Below, in pieces: positions 1 through 26,810 of a stretch of DNA of 64,000 nt (the first letter of the stretch is position 1; every line of letters begins with the position of its first letter). This DNA comes from the human T2T-CHM13v2.0 reference genome, Homo sapiens, in assembly GCF_009914755.1 (NCBI RefSeq), contig NC_060934.1; one strand, given 5' to 3'. The position numbers were made by a program, and so were the translations under genes. Below the pieces are notes generated by a model. It worked only from the letters and a program-made list of their open reading frames with translations, did no database searches and had not been told where the DNA came from.

Positions 1-94
1 TTACCCGGTTCGTCCGTGTACACCGGCCTCTCTAGCTTACACCAACACATGTTTACTGGGTTCGCACCCAAGCCAGAGTCGGTTTGTTTAGTAA

Positions 95-481
<387 letters not shown>

Positions 482-499
482 AAAACATTAACATTTCAA

Positions 500-1200
500 A
501 TAAATGCCCCCGGATTTGGGGGCGGGGTGCCTTAGGCTGCTTCTCCCCCAGGACTCCCCTTTGCACTGGGGTCACCCTGGGCATTACCTTGGGGCTGCCT
601 GGGCCGCCTTTGTTGCGCAGGTGACCTTCCCGGCCGGGCCAGTGTCCCGGCTGCTCTGAGGGACAGTCCTGGCTCCGAAAGCGGGCGCCGGCGCTGAGCC
701 AGGGCCCGCTCGAGATCGCATCGTCTCTGCTGTCAGTCGTTGTCCGCGCGGTGCTGGGGCCTCCCGGGACCCGGGAGCCGCGGCGGATTAGGCCGCCCGC
801 CCCAACCTGGGCTTTGATCTTATCTGAGACTTGTGAGTCCAAAAGGGCTTAGCAACCGCAGCCATGGCAGCCCCAACGACGTGAACATCCGCACCTCTGA
901 GCCTCCCCCTGAGAAGTACCTTCGAGGTGAGGCCTGCGCAGCCCCAGGAAGAGGGTGTGGGCGCAAACCTGAGGTGGGGAGCAAGGCCCGCCGGCTACAC
1001 GGTTCCTGCCATCCTCGCTGCGCCCTTTCTCCCATGCTCGCGGCCTCCATCCGGCAGAAACTGGCACAGCAAACCCGACAGCCACAGACCTGTGGCCCCT
1101 TCCTTCCCTCCTCGCCTCCTCGGCAACCCTTGAAAGCACTCGAGTACGAAGTTATAATTGCAATTATAATTAGCTGAGTCCAACTTGGGCTTCCCCAGGT
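500..1200. promoter_or_regulatory. CpG island / candidate promoter-enhancer
   Basis: Non-repetitive GC- and CpG-dense sequence; GC boxes at ~518-527 and 793-803; GGATTA 785-790; CTTTGAT 812-818; CTTATCT 819-825; palindrome 1152-1169. Confidence 0.7.
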
Positions 1201-2126
1201 CTTGGCTTCCGTTAGGACAGTGTCCCGGGTCTCCCTGTCCTGCGCAGCCCCAGTTCCCAAGAAATAGTTGAATGAATGGATGTTTGCATCCCGTACCCAG
1301 CCTCAGGCTGTGTACTCCTTTCTCCAAGCACAGAGATTCTTCTGGAAGGCCCCAGGGATGGTGGAAAGGGAACTAGGCGTGAGGTTTGGTAAAATGAGGA
1401 CAATACCAGCACCCCTCCACCTCCCCTTCCGAGAGAGGGATTTAGGAGGCACAAGTGAGATAGCCACACGACTCCTGACCAGTTGGCAAGCAGAAGGTCC
1501 TGGGCAACCTGGGTTTCATCTCGTGTTGTCCAGAAGCCGCAGTGGGTCTCCTGATGCAGAGCCTGCGTGGCAGTGTTGTTACAGTGGGTAGCGGCAGACA
1601 TAAGCAGGGCAGGAGAGCCCCACCTCCAACCCTAGGAATATCAGAAGACCATCACGTGATCGTCAGGAGGCTGTTAAGCTGTCTAAAATAGTAATTGATC
1701 TCATCCAGCGCCAGAGAAAGGCAGTCTCCCCAATAGATAGAAAAACCCAAAACTGGTGATCAGCTTCCTAATTAGATCTCAGGAGTTGGGCGAGTAGGCT
1801 CAAGCATGTGAACTAAGAGACAAAATGGTGGAGTTGAACTGGCATATGAGTTCTCTCTGGGAACACTCAGCTGGTAAGAGAAAAACACCTCGTGAGCATG
1901 CACACCACTTCAGTAAACACACTGTGCCAGAGGCCCCTCCCAAGTAGTGGCAGGCCACCTCAAAGGAAGAATCAGGGGAGAAGGGATGCAACCACCCCAC
2001 ACACCCACCAAGCATGCCAACTTATAAGATTCCAAGTCAAAGGCCAAACCGTGCACTTGAATCTCTCAAGTCGCCCACTTGGCCCTCTTCCAAGTGTACT
2101 TTTAATTTTGTTCCTGCTCTAAAACT

Positions 2127-2970
<844 letters not shown>

Positions 2971-3169
2971 ATGTGCTTTTACTTTCATTCTTGCTCTAAA
3001 ACTTTAATAAAACTTTCACTTCTGCTCCAAAACTTGCCTCTCTCCCTCCCCATCTTATGCCACTTGGTGGAATTCTTTTTTCTGAGGAGGCAAGGATTTG
3101 CCACCACTTACAGACTTTGGTGCCTACATTCCCTGGTGCTAACAGCCTCAACCTTTGAGAAACAGATAT

Positions 3170-3481
<312 letters not shown>

Positions 3482-4419
3482 CAAGACATGTTTTGTTAAG
3501 TCTCTGTCACCTGAAAAATGTGCATGTCCTTCTGGTTTTGTGTGCACCTTGTTTCAGGCTCCCCCATGAAGTTTGCCCAAGCCCAGGTTTAGGAATCTTG
3601 TTCAGCATCTTCCTGATACCCACTTCCCTGCTTGTGCCCCTTGCTGGCCCACTTGCTGTTCCCCAGCAGGCGGCTTGGGCTGTACAGCTAGTTTCTTACT
3701 AGCAGTGAGCTTGGCTGTGGGAGTATCCCCTTTCTCTACACCCATCCCGACCCAAATTATTTCTTTCACCCTTCCTCCGCGGCAGCCAGGGGTCCTCACC
3801 TCCCAGCCTCACCAGCAACTGGGTGAGCCTTCTGATGTGGGGCCCACTGCCTAGGGGTTGTCTGCGTCCCCATGGCTGACACACTCCTGGGGCAGGGCCT
3901 TGACTTCACTTTATATCCTTCCCTCTACCCCGTTAGGCCAGTGGATTCTCACAATTCATAGCATTACCTTGCTGACTGGGCAGTGCTCCAGGACACCTGT
4001 GATGACTTCACTTCCAAGGTAATCCGCCAAATGTTCTTTTGACTGGAGATGCCACCAAGAAATCTCCAGACATTGGAAGGCATGCATAATAAATCCTAGG
4101 ACTCAAAAACCTTGCAGGATTCTTCCACATAAAATGAGTGGTAAGGCTGGAGAACTACTTTGGGGCTTCCCACGTTGAGGGCTCTGCTTATATCCTGTGG
4201 GCTGCTCCACAGCAATGGAGTGAGACGCTCAGCAGATGCTGATGGAGGCCTTTCGTGTACCAGGCAGCAGGTTGGGGGCTGGAGGTCTCCAGAGCAAGTT
4301 GGGGCTGGGGAATCTAAAACAGCTGGCAGCCATAGTGTCTGTTTTTCAGAAGCACTTCCTGCTCTTCCTGAGCCGCTCTAAAGGTTTAAGATTTCTTTCG
4401 GCCCCTCCCACAACATTAG

Positions 4420-5243
<824 letters not shown>

Positions 5244-5276
5244 TTCAACAGTTTTTAAATTAAAAAAAAAAAAAAA

Positions 5277-5582
<306 letters not shown>

Positions 5583-5619
5583 TTAACGATCATTTTTGTT
5601 CTTTAGTGTAGCAAAATAT

Positions 5620-9380
<3,761 letters not shown>

Positions 9381-9944
9381 TAAATGACTGGCAGTTAGGA
9401 CTGTTTGTTTTGTTTGCAACAACCATGTAAAGGCAAAGCCACCCATGTGGTTTGGAAGGGCAGGAACTGGTCCTGTGCCAAGCTGTGCCTTCTCTCTCTG
9501 TGGTGGAGGGGGTGGTGGGGCCTGCAGGGAACTGGGCAAACTCAGGCCCTGCCAAAAGGGATGACAGATGCTCCCCTCCAGCTGACAATAGCCGTGGGAC
9601 AGAGAGGACCCAGAACTGCCAGATCTTTCCATATTTCAAAAGAAATGATTAATCTAGCTTTTCATGTGAAGTCTCCTGATTTTTAAATGTTGCCAACTAA
9701 TTCTAACTTTATTTAAACACTGCTCACTATATAAACAATATTCATCTAGCTCACTATACAATACACATCCAGGCAAGTGCTACCTAGATTGAGTTACTCA
9801 AGGGCGGGATAATCTGGCTTTATTCTTTCTGTGACCCTCAGGACCCTGCACAGCACCTGATGCGTGATTCCTACTCCAAAATATATATGGAATAGTGAAC
9901 AAAATAATACAGTTAGGGAAATGAGACATAAATATATTGACAAT

Positions 9945-10270
<326 letters not shown>

Positions 10271-10487
10271 TAGAATGGGTTGTGACACAAATAACCACCA
10301 TGAATCTTCGTGATTCTCCCAGCAATTCAGTATTGATTTTGATTTACAATTTTGGCATAGATAATTAGCTCCAGGGGTTTCCACTTGGATGTCTTCATTG
10401 CATGAACTAAGGGGGTATTGTGATTCTCACAATAGCTATATATGGCTATTCAGGAAAGTGGGAATAACTCCAGAATGGTTTTGAGCA

Positions 10488-10790
10488 TGTATCAGTCAGC
10501 TTAGGCTAAGTTATACTGAAGTAACAAATGACCCAAATGTCAGAAGCTTACAATGAAAATTTTTCTTTCTCATACTGTATGTCCATCTTGGAGTAACTTC
10601 AGCTCTGCTTCAGGCCATCTTTATTTGCGTACCCAGGCTGACAGTAGGCCCAATCTAGATGTTGCCAGAGGAAAAAGAGAGATGGCAAACCACACACTGC
10701 CTTAAACCTTCTGCTCAGAAGTGACATGTCACTGATGCTCACATTGCATTGACCAAAGTAAGTCTGCCCTCTATGGAGGATGGATGTGTG
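10488..10790 (-). mobile_element. Old MaLR LTR (MLT1J/K-like)
   Basis: TGTATCAGTCAGCTTAGGCTAAGTTATACTGAAGTAACAAATGACCC and CAGAAGTGACATGTCAC motifs. Confidence 0.55.
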
Positions 10791-11084
10791 GTTTTTCCAC
10801 AGGGCAGTAACACATTATATCACAATTGGCCTTTCTGGTCTCTGATATCTGGCGTATCTCCAGGCCTGATGTCATTGGGACAGGGAAAGCCTATAGTGCC
10901 TCAGAATCAAGCTAAAACACCATTTGTCACCTGATCACCATAAACTCAATTTCTACCAGTGGATCAAAGAGGTGTTCTGGATCCCCAGAAAATAGAGTTA
11001 GAGCTCATTATAGTGTCCCATAATCTCAGATAAAATTATTTTTTTCCTCCACTGCACAGTTAATCTGGAAAAAGCTTGTAGGCC

Positions 11085-13770
<2,686 letters not shown>

Positions 13771-14020
13771 TACTATAAACTGAATGTGTTCTCCCCAAAA
13801 TTCATATGTTGAAACCCAAACCCCCAATATGATAGTATTTAGAGATGTGGTCTTTGGAAAGTAATTAGGGTTAGTTTAGGTCATAAGGATGGGGCTGTCA
13901 TGATGGGATTATTGGCCTTATAAGAAGAGGAAGAGAAGGAGATCTCTCTCTTCACATACATGCACCTCGGCCATGTGAGGGTGTAGCAAGAAAGCAGCCA
14001 TCAACAAGTCAGGAAGAGAG
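13771..14020 (+). mobile_element. MLT1A-type LTR, 5' part
   Basis: TACTATAAACTGAATGTGTTCTCCCCAAAATTCATATGTTGAA...GGCCATGTGAGG...AGTCAGGAAGAGAG. Confidence 0.8.
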
Positions 14021-14262
14021 AGATGTACAGCCCATCATGTTTCTACAGGTTCAGGTATAACTGAAAAACTCGAAGTCTGGCAAACAGAGGCTTGACTCAA
14101 GCCATCATGATAAAAAGAAACAGTTTTTGTCCCAATTTCCAAGCCCGAGTCAGCTCTCAGGTCCAGAGCCCCTTGAATAAATGCACCCTGAAGGAAAGAG
14201 CCTACAATAACTTTCTGAGTATACAGTGTAGCATTTCCTCCAAGCCTTTCCTTAGGAGGCCT

Positions 14263-14397
14263 TGTGTTAATCAACTTGGGCTGCTAAAACAAAATATGAT
14301 AGATTGGGTGGCTTAAACAACAGAAATTTAACTCTCAGAGTTCTGGAGGCTGGGAAGTCCAAGATCAAGGTTCTGGCTAATTCAGTTCCTGGTGAGG
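14263..14397 (-). mobile_element. MLT1A-type LTR, 3' part, inverted
   Basis: Reverse strand CCTCACCAGGAACTG...CTTGATCTTGGACTTCCCAGCCTCCAGAACT...TTGTTTAAGCCACCCAATCT...TAACACA. Confidence 0.8.
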
Positions 14398-14949
14398 TGA
14401 TTTTTTTTTTTTTAATTCAAATCATTTTCATTCTGTCATTCACATGAGGAACCCTGGTTGAGAAAGGTTGCACTAAAGTATTAGGGGATAATCACAACAG
14501 CAACTTACTCTCAGATGCTTCTTGGTTGGGAGGCGGGGGGAATCTGAGATTATTTCAAGTCTAAAAAAAAAAAAGAAAGACAAAGAATATGCTATAAATT
14601 CTCAATCTAAAGCATGGTCCAGTGACTCTCTGTGATTGTGTTAAAAGAATAGCTACAGGGCTGAGGTAGCCAAAAATTAGACCTGAAATTTGAGCAATAG
14701 TTTGATAAATGACAGTATCGGTTGAATTCATAGCCTCACCAAGTTCCTTAGGTTGAAGTAAAGGCAATGATGAGTAAATAGAAGGATTCTCAAAAGTGCA
14801 CTGAGGCTTACAGTACTGCACTGAGCCTTGGTTGTCTGAGGAGTCACCTTGCCTGAAGAGTTCTTAGAGACCTCACTAGAGGAATGACCTGCCAGAGGAG
14901 TTGAATTCTGTACATCCCCACCCAGTGCTGAATCCAGACCTACTACTAG

Positions 14950-15047
14950 AACTGTGGTTCTCAATTTCAGCTGCACATTGGAGTCACCTGGAAGGCTTAA
15001 AAAACACTGGATCCTATCCCCAAAAATTTTGATTTAATTGGTCTGGG
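14950..15047 (+). mobile_element. MER5A-like hAT fragment
   Basis: GTGGTTCTCAATTTCAGCTGCACATTGGAGTCACCTGG...GATTTAATTGGTCTGGG. Confidence 0.65.
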
Positions 15048-15058
15048 TTCTAATGTAC

Positions 15059-15693
<635 letters not shown>

Positions 15694-15974
15694 TAATTAT
15701 TCTTAATGCATTTATTTGTATGATCATTCTCCTGTATGTCACCCATCTTCCAATACTGCTGCCACCCCCATATAAGCACAGACACCCTCCTCAGACACAC
15801 TTGGGCTTCAACTCCTCAAGCCAGCCTGTCTCTCCCACATGGATGCCTTCTTTATCCTGCTCGGGCTCTGAACATCTATGCCCGGTTTCCCAGCTCTGTG
15901 TATGTCCTCCTTACTCTGCTCAGGCTTTGAGACCACATACCAGCCTGCCTCTCCACATGAATGCTCTCCATAGC

Positions 15975-16839
15975 AGTCTTAAAATTATTTGATACATCAC
16001 TCTTCAAAAGGTGCAGCCTACTTCCCCTCCCATTCATTGTGGGCTGGATTTAGCAACTGACTTTTAATGAATACAATATGATGGAAATGATACTATATGA
16101 CCCTCTAGGCTAGATTGTAAAACGGATAACTTCTTTTTTCTCACTCTCTAGACATGCTCACTCTAGAAGAAACTAGTTGCCATGTTGTGAGGATACTCAA
16201 CAGTCCTGTGGAGGGGGCCACATGTAGAAAGACCGCATGTGGAAAGAAACTGACTTGCTAGCAGCAACTTTACAGGTATGTATGAAATAAACCACCTTGG
16301 AAGAAGATCCTCCAGCCTCTCAGTCAAGACTTAAGAGAATTTCAGCCTTCAATCATTTAATCTGCCAGCCAGGACCCCAGACACTGCAGAACAGAGACAA
16401 ACATTCCTGCTGTGCCCTCTCTGAATTCTTGACCCACAGGAACTGTGAGACAGTGAAAGATTATTGCCATTTTGACCTTCTAAGTTTTGGTGTAATTTCT
16501 TTCTTTTTTTTTTTTTAATTGAAACAGAGTCTCGCTCTGTTGCCCAGGCTGGAGTGCAGTAGTGCAATCTCCGCTCACTGCAACCTCCACCTCCCAGGGC
16601 AAGTGATTCTCCTATCTCAGCCTCCCGAGTAGCTGGGGTTATAGGTGAGCACCACCAGGCCCAGCTAAATTTTTTGTATTTTTAGTAGAGACAGGGTTTC
16701 ACAATGATGGCCAGGCTGGTCTCGAACTCCTGACCTTGTGATCTGCCCACCTTGGCCTCCCAAAGTGCTGGGATTACAGGCATGAGCCACCGTGCCTGGC
16801 CTAGTATAATTTCTTATGCAGTAAGAAATAACTAATACA
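15975..16839 (+). mobile_element. MLT1F/G/H-type LTR with Alu insertion 16499-16801 (-)
   Basis: TTCTTGACCCACAGGAACTGTGAGA...AAGTTTTGGTGTAATT; terminus ATAACTAATACA. Confidence 0.65.
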
Positions 16840-16862
16840 CTTTCATTACCCTGCTCAGAATC

Positions 16863-17204
16863 TGTTATGGTCTGAATGTTCCCCCAGGATTCGTGTGTCA
16901 GAAACTTAATCTCTAGTGCAACAGTGTTAAGAGGTGAGGCCTTCTTGGAGGTGTTCAGATCATGGGGGCTCCACCCTTATGAGTGGATTAATGCCTCTGT
17001 AAAAGGACTTGGGATGGGGGTTCCTTCCCTCTTACCCTTCCACCTTCCACCATGTGAAGACACAGCAAGAAGGCCCTTTGCACAATGCCAGTACCTTGAT
17101 CTTGGGCTTCCCACCCTCTAGAACTGTGAGAAAAAAATTTCTGTTTTTTATAAATTATCCAGTTTCAGATATTCTGTTACAGCAGTGCAAAACAGACTAA
17201 GACA
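16863..17204 (+). mobile_element. MST/MLT1A-type solo LTR
   Basis: TGTTATGGTCTGAATGTT...ACCTTGATCTTGGGCTTCCC...AACAGACTAAGACA. Confidence 0.8.
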
Positions 17205-17726
17205 GGCTCTCATACTCTCACCAAGCTACTCCTCTGCAGCGATGCCCTTCTCATCCTTCTCATGCTAGATCACCCTCCTATGTAAACACCCTCCTCATCC
17301 AGCTCAAGTCCTGACTCTGAAGGCCATGCAGCCCTCCTATCGTAATGCCTTCCTTACCCCACAAGCCTCCAGCATCCCGCTCCGTGCCTCCATAGCTCCC
17401 TCCTCTCCGGGCACAAATGCCTTTCTTGCTATGTCTTACCTAATGCCCTTAGGATTAAACTTTTCGGGAAACAAAGAAGATAAAAGAAGGGAAGGATTGC
17501 TTATCAACCTCTTTCCTTAAATTGCCCAGCAGAGTTCAAATCAATGGTGACACCCATAGTCCTTGAATTACTCATTTCCTGTATGCTGTTTTGGGTGGCA
17601 GCCCCTGGATCCCTCAGAGCCTTGCCTCAGTGAGTACTTCATTAAAGGCAACCCTAAACAACAGTTGCATCGCTTCTTTCATCACCTTGTGCCCTAACTT
17701 ACAAGTTCCCATCCCTAAATGATTAT

Positions 17727-18398
17727 TGTATTAGTTATCTCTTGATGCGTAATACATTACCCCACAGTTTAGAGACTTAAAACAACACACACTTGCGATC
17801 TCACAGTGTTGGTGGGTCAGGAATCTGGGCACAGTTTGTGTCCTCTGTGCCAGCTCTCACAAGGTGGCAGTCAAGGTGTCAATTGAGGCTGCGTTCTCAT
17901 CTGAAGACTGGGGATGGATCTATGTTCAAGCTCACTCACCTGCTTGTTGACGGGATTCAGTTTCTTACAAACTGTTGGCAGGGATCAACCTCAATTTCTT
18001 GCCATCTGGAGCTGTCCAGCATGTCAGCTAGCTTCATCAATGCATGCAGACACAGAAAGCGTAGAGAAAGACAGAAGTCACAGTCTTTGATAACCTAATC
18101 ATGAAAGTCATATCCCATCACTTCTGCCATATTCTTTTTGTTAGAAGCAAATCATTGGGTCTGGATTACATGGGTGAACACCAGGAGGCAGGAATCTTGG
18201 CGAGCCATCTTTTTTTTTTTTTTGAGAGAGAATCTTGCTCTGTTGCCCAGGCTGGAGTGCAGTGGCATGATCTCGGCTCCTCTGCCTCCCGGGTTCAAGT
18301 AATTCTCCTGCCTCAGCATCCCAAGTAACTGGGATTACAGGCATGCACCACCACACCCGGCTAATTTATGGTGAGCCATCTTAAGGGCAACCTACCAC
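17727..18398 (-). mobile_element. MLT1E/F-type LTR with partial Alu (18210-18367)
   Basis: TGTATTAGTTATCT...CTTAAAACAAC...TCTCACAGT...GGGTCAGGAATCTGGGCACAG. Confidence 0.65.
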
Positions 18399-18581
18399 AG
18401 TAATCTTCAACCCTATCTAGGGTAGAAAACCAGTCGCATGTCTTCTCCATTCCCCTGAGTCTATTGCTTATACCTCATACCTCCGTATGAATTGCTTTTC
18501 TGTGTAGGATTCTTGGTTACAAAATTAAAAACTGATTCTGCTTAACTTAAGCAAAAATGGTCTCTATAAAATTAGACTTAG

Positions 18582-19565
<984 letters not shown>

Positions 19566-19865
19566 TGGGAGCTGTTTTAATAACAGGATATCTATGCATT
19601 CACTTGGAAAGTTGTCAACAATATATTATGAGGTGACAAAAGTATGTTCTAGAACATTTTTTTAAATTCAGATACATTTAATTCCAAGAAGTTGTCAACT
19701 TTTCAAGTGTCGAATAACAAAATCCAGGGCAAGGTCATGGTGGGGCTATCGATTGGTGATTTGGAGATTTTTAAGAGGATTAAAGAATAGCAGTCTCACA
19801 GGAGGCATTGGACACCCCAAAGAGAATCAATATTGGTGGCTCCACCAGTCCTCTGAAAAAGAGAG

Positions 19866-20658
<793 letters not shown>

Positions 20659-21021
20659 GGAGCTATTAAGCTGGCTGCTCTGGGCTCTGCAAGTGAAGTC
20701 TTCCCAGGCAAATGCAATGACAGCTGAATAATGAGGAGGGTGCACACCAACTTTAGGAAACACAGACATGGGGACAGACCCTGGCCATGCCATGGTCTAG
20801 GGCATGGGGCACAAGCAGAGTTCATTTTCTACGCCTAGTGCTGGATCTCATCTCAGGTGCCCAACTTGCTTGCTCTTCAAGCCGGCTCCTTCTTGGGCAG
20901 TGCAATCTGATCTGGCAAAAGAAGCACAAGCTTTGAATGCAGACAGACCTGTTTCCAAGCCTGGTTATGCCACCTACTAACACTCAAACTTGGATGAGTT
21001 ACTCCCTATCTCTTTAAGGAT

Positions 21022-21475
21022 TCTATCAGTCAGGGTTCTGCAGAAAACAGATGACACCCTCGATTGGGTAATTTGAGGACAGTTTAATAAAAACACTATT
21101 TACAAAGGTGAGGGTAAGGTGTAGAATAACCATGAGGGATAGTGCAGTACTCTGGGACTAGGAACAATAGGGCCGTTGCCTCCCCTGGGCATAAAGGGGC
21201 CAGCGAGGGGAGTGGTTTTCAGAACCCGGAGACAGAGAGACTGTGTGCAGGGCACACCTGTATGGAAATGGGACCTTCAGTGCTGCCCACAGCCAGTCAG
21301 TGGAGGCTCTGCAGAGGGAACCAGGGAGCGTGCACTCACCTGCGGCCTGTCACCTCCTGCTGGTGCCAGGGGAAGCCAGAGGAGGAAGGAGCTTGCTGAT
21401 GCTGTCTCAAAGGCTCAGCTTCTAGGGGTTGAGTGGAGAGCCAATCTGGAGGGGCAGACAGAAGATACCCAACAC
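21022..21475 (-). mobile_element. Old ERVL-type LTR (LTR67B-like); related copy at ~62575-62946 plus 63498-63557
   Basis: CAGTCAGGGTTC...AACAGATGACAC...GGGTAATTTGAGGA...TTTAATAAA...CTATTTACAAAGG. Confidence 0.5.
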
Positions 21476-21621
21476 AGAGATTACATGAAAAAAGGTATAA
21501 AACCAGCCTGGCCCAGAGAAGACACTCCAACTCCCTGCTCAAATGTTTACTTAATAAAGAGAGCAAGTAACGGTGTAGAAAAGGTGCTGGGCTTTACTTT
21601 GCATAATAATGCACACAAGTC

Positions 21622-21952
<331 letters not shown>

Positions 21953-22165
21953 TTAACATTTATAATTTGCCCCCAGGAAGGAGGAAAGGCAAACGTATGC
22001 TGTTTGGGAGGCACACCACAGCGTAGAGCAGCATCCAATGGTAAATACATGGGAAAATATGGGAATTCTAGATATTCCCATGAAATCAACTGTTACAAAC
22101 CCAAGTAATGGTTTCCAGGCAAATTGGACAGGTTTGTCTAGGCCTCCTGGAATTTGGATGCCACG

Positions 22166-22396
22166 TTTCTTTTCTTTTTTTCTTTCTTTCTTTCTTTTTT
22201 TTTTTTTTTTTTTGAGACGGACTCTCCCCGTGTTGCCCAGGCTGGAGTACAGTGGTGCGATCTCAGCTCACTGAAACCGGGTTCAAGAGATTCTCCTGCC
22301 TCAGCCTCCTGGTCTCGAACTCCTGACCGCAAGTGATCCACCAGCCTTGGCCTCCCAAAGTGCTGGGATTACAGGTGTGAGCCACCACACCTGGCC
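22166..22396 (-). mobile_element. Internally deleted AluS
   Basis: Central linker missing (CCTCAGCCTCC joins TGGTCTCGAACTCC); TSD TGGATGCCACGTT. Confidence 0.85.
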
Positions 22397-23084
22397 TGGA
22401 TGCCACGTTCCTAATCACCCTTTTCTTGGAACCCATCTGAGGATGTAACCATGTAAAAAGTGCCAGCAGAGGATTCAGAATAAATTTCAAAACCGCAGTG
22501 AGCCATGCTGCCTGACAAAAATGGGAACTGACATTTAGTTGTCACCTATCAGCTAACCTCAAGGAAGTGTCTGCTTCACTTCTGTCCTTCCCTTTTCTTA
22601 TTGGAAATACAATATAAGGACATAAATGGTGTTTTTAAAAAAGAAAATCTCTTGTAATCCCACACCATCAACAGCTCCTTTTTTGCAAGTGTGCTTTCTG
22701 TTCTTTGCTCTTGTAACTTCATATTATTATATAGTTATAGACTACTTACTCCACTTGTGTTTTTCAACAAAGACACCACAAAGACTTCATAATTATGAAT
22801 CTTTAATCACTGAGTAATATCCATTGAGAAGATATACTATAATTTATCAGTTATTCCCTCACTGTACATTTATTCTGCTCTCCCCCACCACCGATTTTTT
22901 TTTCTTTTATAAAAAAAGTTTTCAGCCGGGCATAGTGGCTGAAAAATAAAAGTTCTCATGGACTTTTAAAAAAATTTATATATATTTATTTTTTGAGTTG
23001 GGGTCTCCCTCTGTTACCCAGGCAGGAGAGCAGTGGCGCAACCATAGCTCACTGCAGCCTGGAACTCCTGGCCCCAAGCCATCT

Positions 23085-25381
<2,297 letters not shown>

Positions 25382-25434
25382 GCAAAATTGGAGTTTCAGT
25401 CCCCTTTGCCCAGCAACCCAGCCCTGAACTACAG

Positions 25435-25886
25435 TGTCATGCACGTCCATGTGAAGAGACCACCAAACAGGCTTTGTGTGAGCAACAAGGCTGTTTATTT
25501 CACCTGGGTGCAGGCGGGCTGAGTCCAAAAAGAGAGTCAGCAAAGGGTGGTGGGATTATCATTAGTTCTGATAGGTTCCGGATAGGCATACAAAGTATCT
25601 TCTTCAGGGTGGGGGGTGGGGGGGCGGGGTGGAGGGGCCGGTGGTGGGGAGAATATTACAAAGTACCTTAAGGGTGGGGGAGAATATTACAAAGTACCTT
25701 CTTAAGGGTGGGGAGAATATATCGTATCAGTTAGGATGGGGCAGGAACAAATCACAATGGTGGAATGTCATCAGTTAAGGCTATTTTCACTTCTTTTGTG
25801 GATCTTCAGTTGCTTCAGGCCATCTGGATGTATACTTGCAGGCCACAGGGGATATGATGGCTTAGTGTGGGCTCAGAGGCCTGACA
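25435..25886 (-). repeat. HERV-H 3' LTR, type II (LTR7B-like), 452 bp
   Basis: Three type II repeats (TATTCTCCCC..CCCTTAAG..GTACTTTG); AATAAA intact. Confidence 0.9.
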
Positions 25887-26810
25887 TTCCTGTCTTCATA
25901 TATTAATAAGAAAAACAAAACAAAATAGTGGTGAAGTGTTGGGGCAGTGAAAATTTTTGGGGGTGGTATGGAGAAATAATGGGCGATGTTTCTCAGGGCT
26001 GCTTCGAGTGGGATTAGGGGCGGTGTGGGAACCTACAGTGGGAGAGATTAAACTGAAGAAAGATTTTGGGGTAAGGGGTGGTATTGTGGGGTTGTTAGAA
26101 GGAGGATTTGTCATATAGAATGATTGGTGATGGCCTGGATGCGGTTTTGTATGAATTGAGAAACTAAAAGGAAGACACGAAGTCCGAATAAGAGAAGGAG
26201 AAAAACCGGTATTAAAGGACTAAGAATTGGGAGGACCCAGGACATCTAAGGGGGCTCAGCATAATTATTTGCTTGGTTGGTTAGTTTTTGGGCTCTATCC
26301 TTGTGTTTTTTTATGTTGTCATATACCAGGCCAGATTGATTTAGGTAAAAACAACACTCTTCATTAAAAATATACAGAGTCCTCCTTTTTCAGCAATGAG
26401 TAAATTGAGGCCTAGGCGATTTTGGAGGAAAGAGAAATGCAAAGCCAGCAATTGTTTCTTAAAGAAGGATTAGAAATGGCTAGGAGAGAGTGAGTGAGAT
26501 TGATAGTGTGGTGGAGATAGCTGGGGAGAGGTAGAGGGTGTCATAAGAATGGGAATGAGAATAAGAGTGAGTATAAAAGTAAAGAATAAGACTTCATCTG
26601 GGTGAAAGTGTTGGAGTGTGTCCTGTCAGCAAAGATCATCTATCCACTCCAAGAGGGAGTCAAGAGTGGAGGATTGGGGATAGATATTCACGATGGAAAG
26701 GAAATGAGAGGTTTTAAGAGGTGGGCTAACAGCTTGTAACCTACATGGAAGAGGTTATGAAATGATGACAGAATAGAATGGGCCTGTGAGGCTGGAAGGA
26801 GATATTTTCC

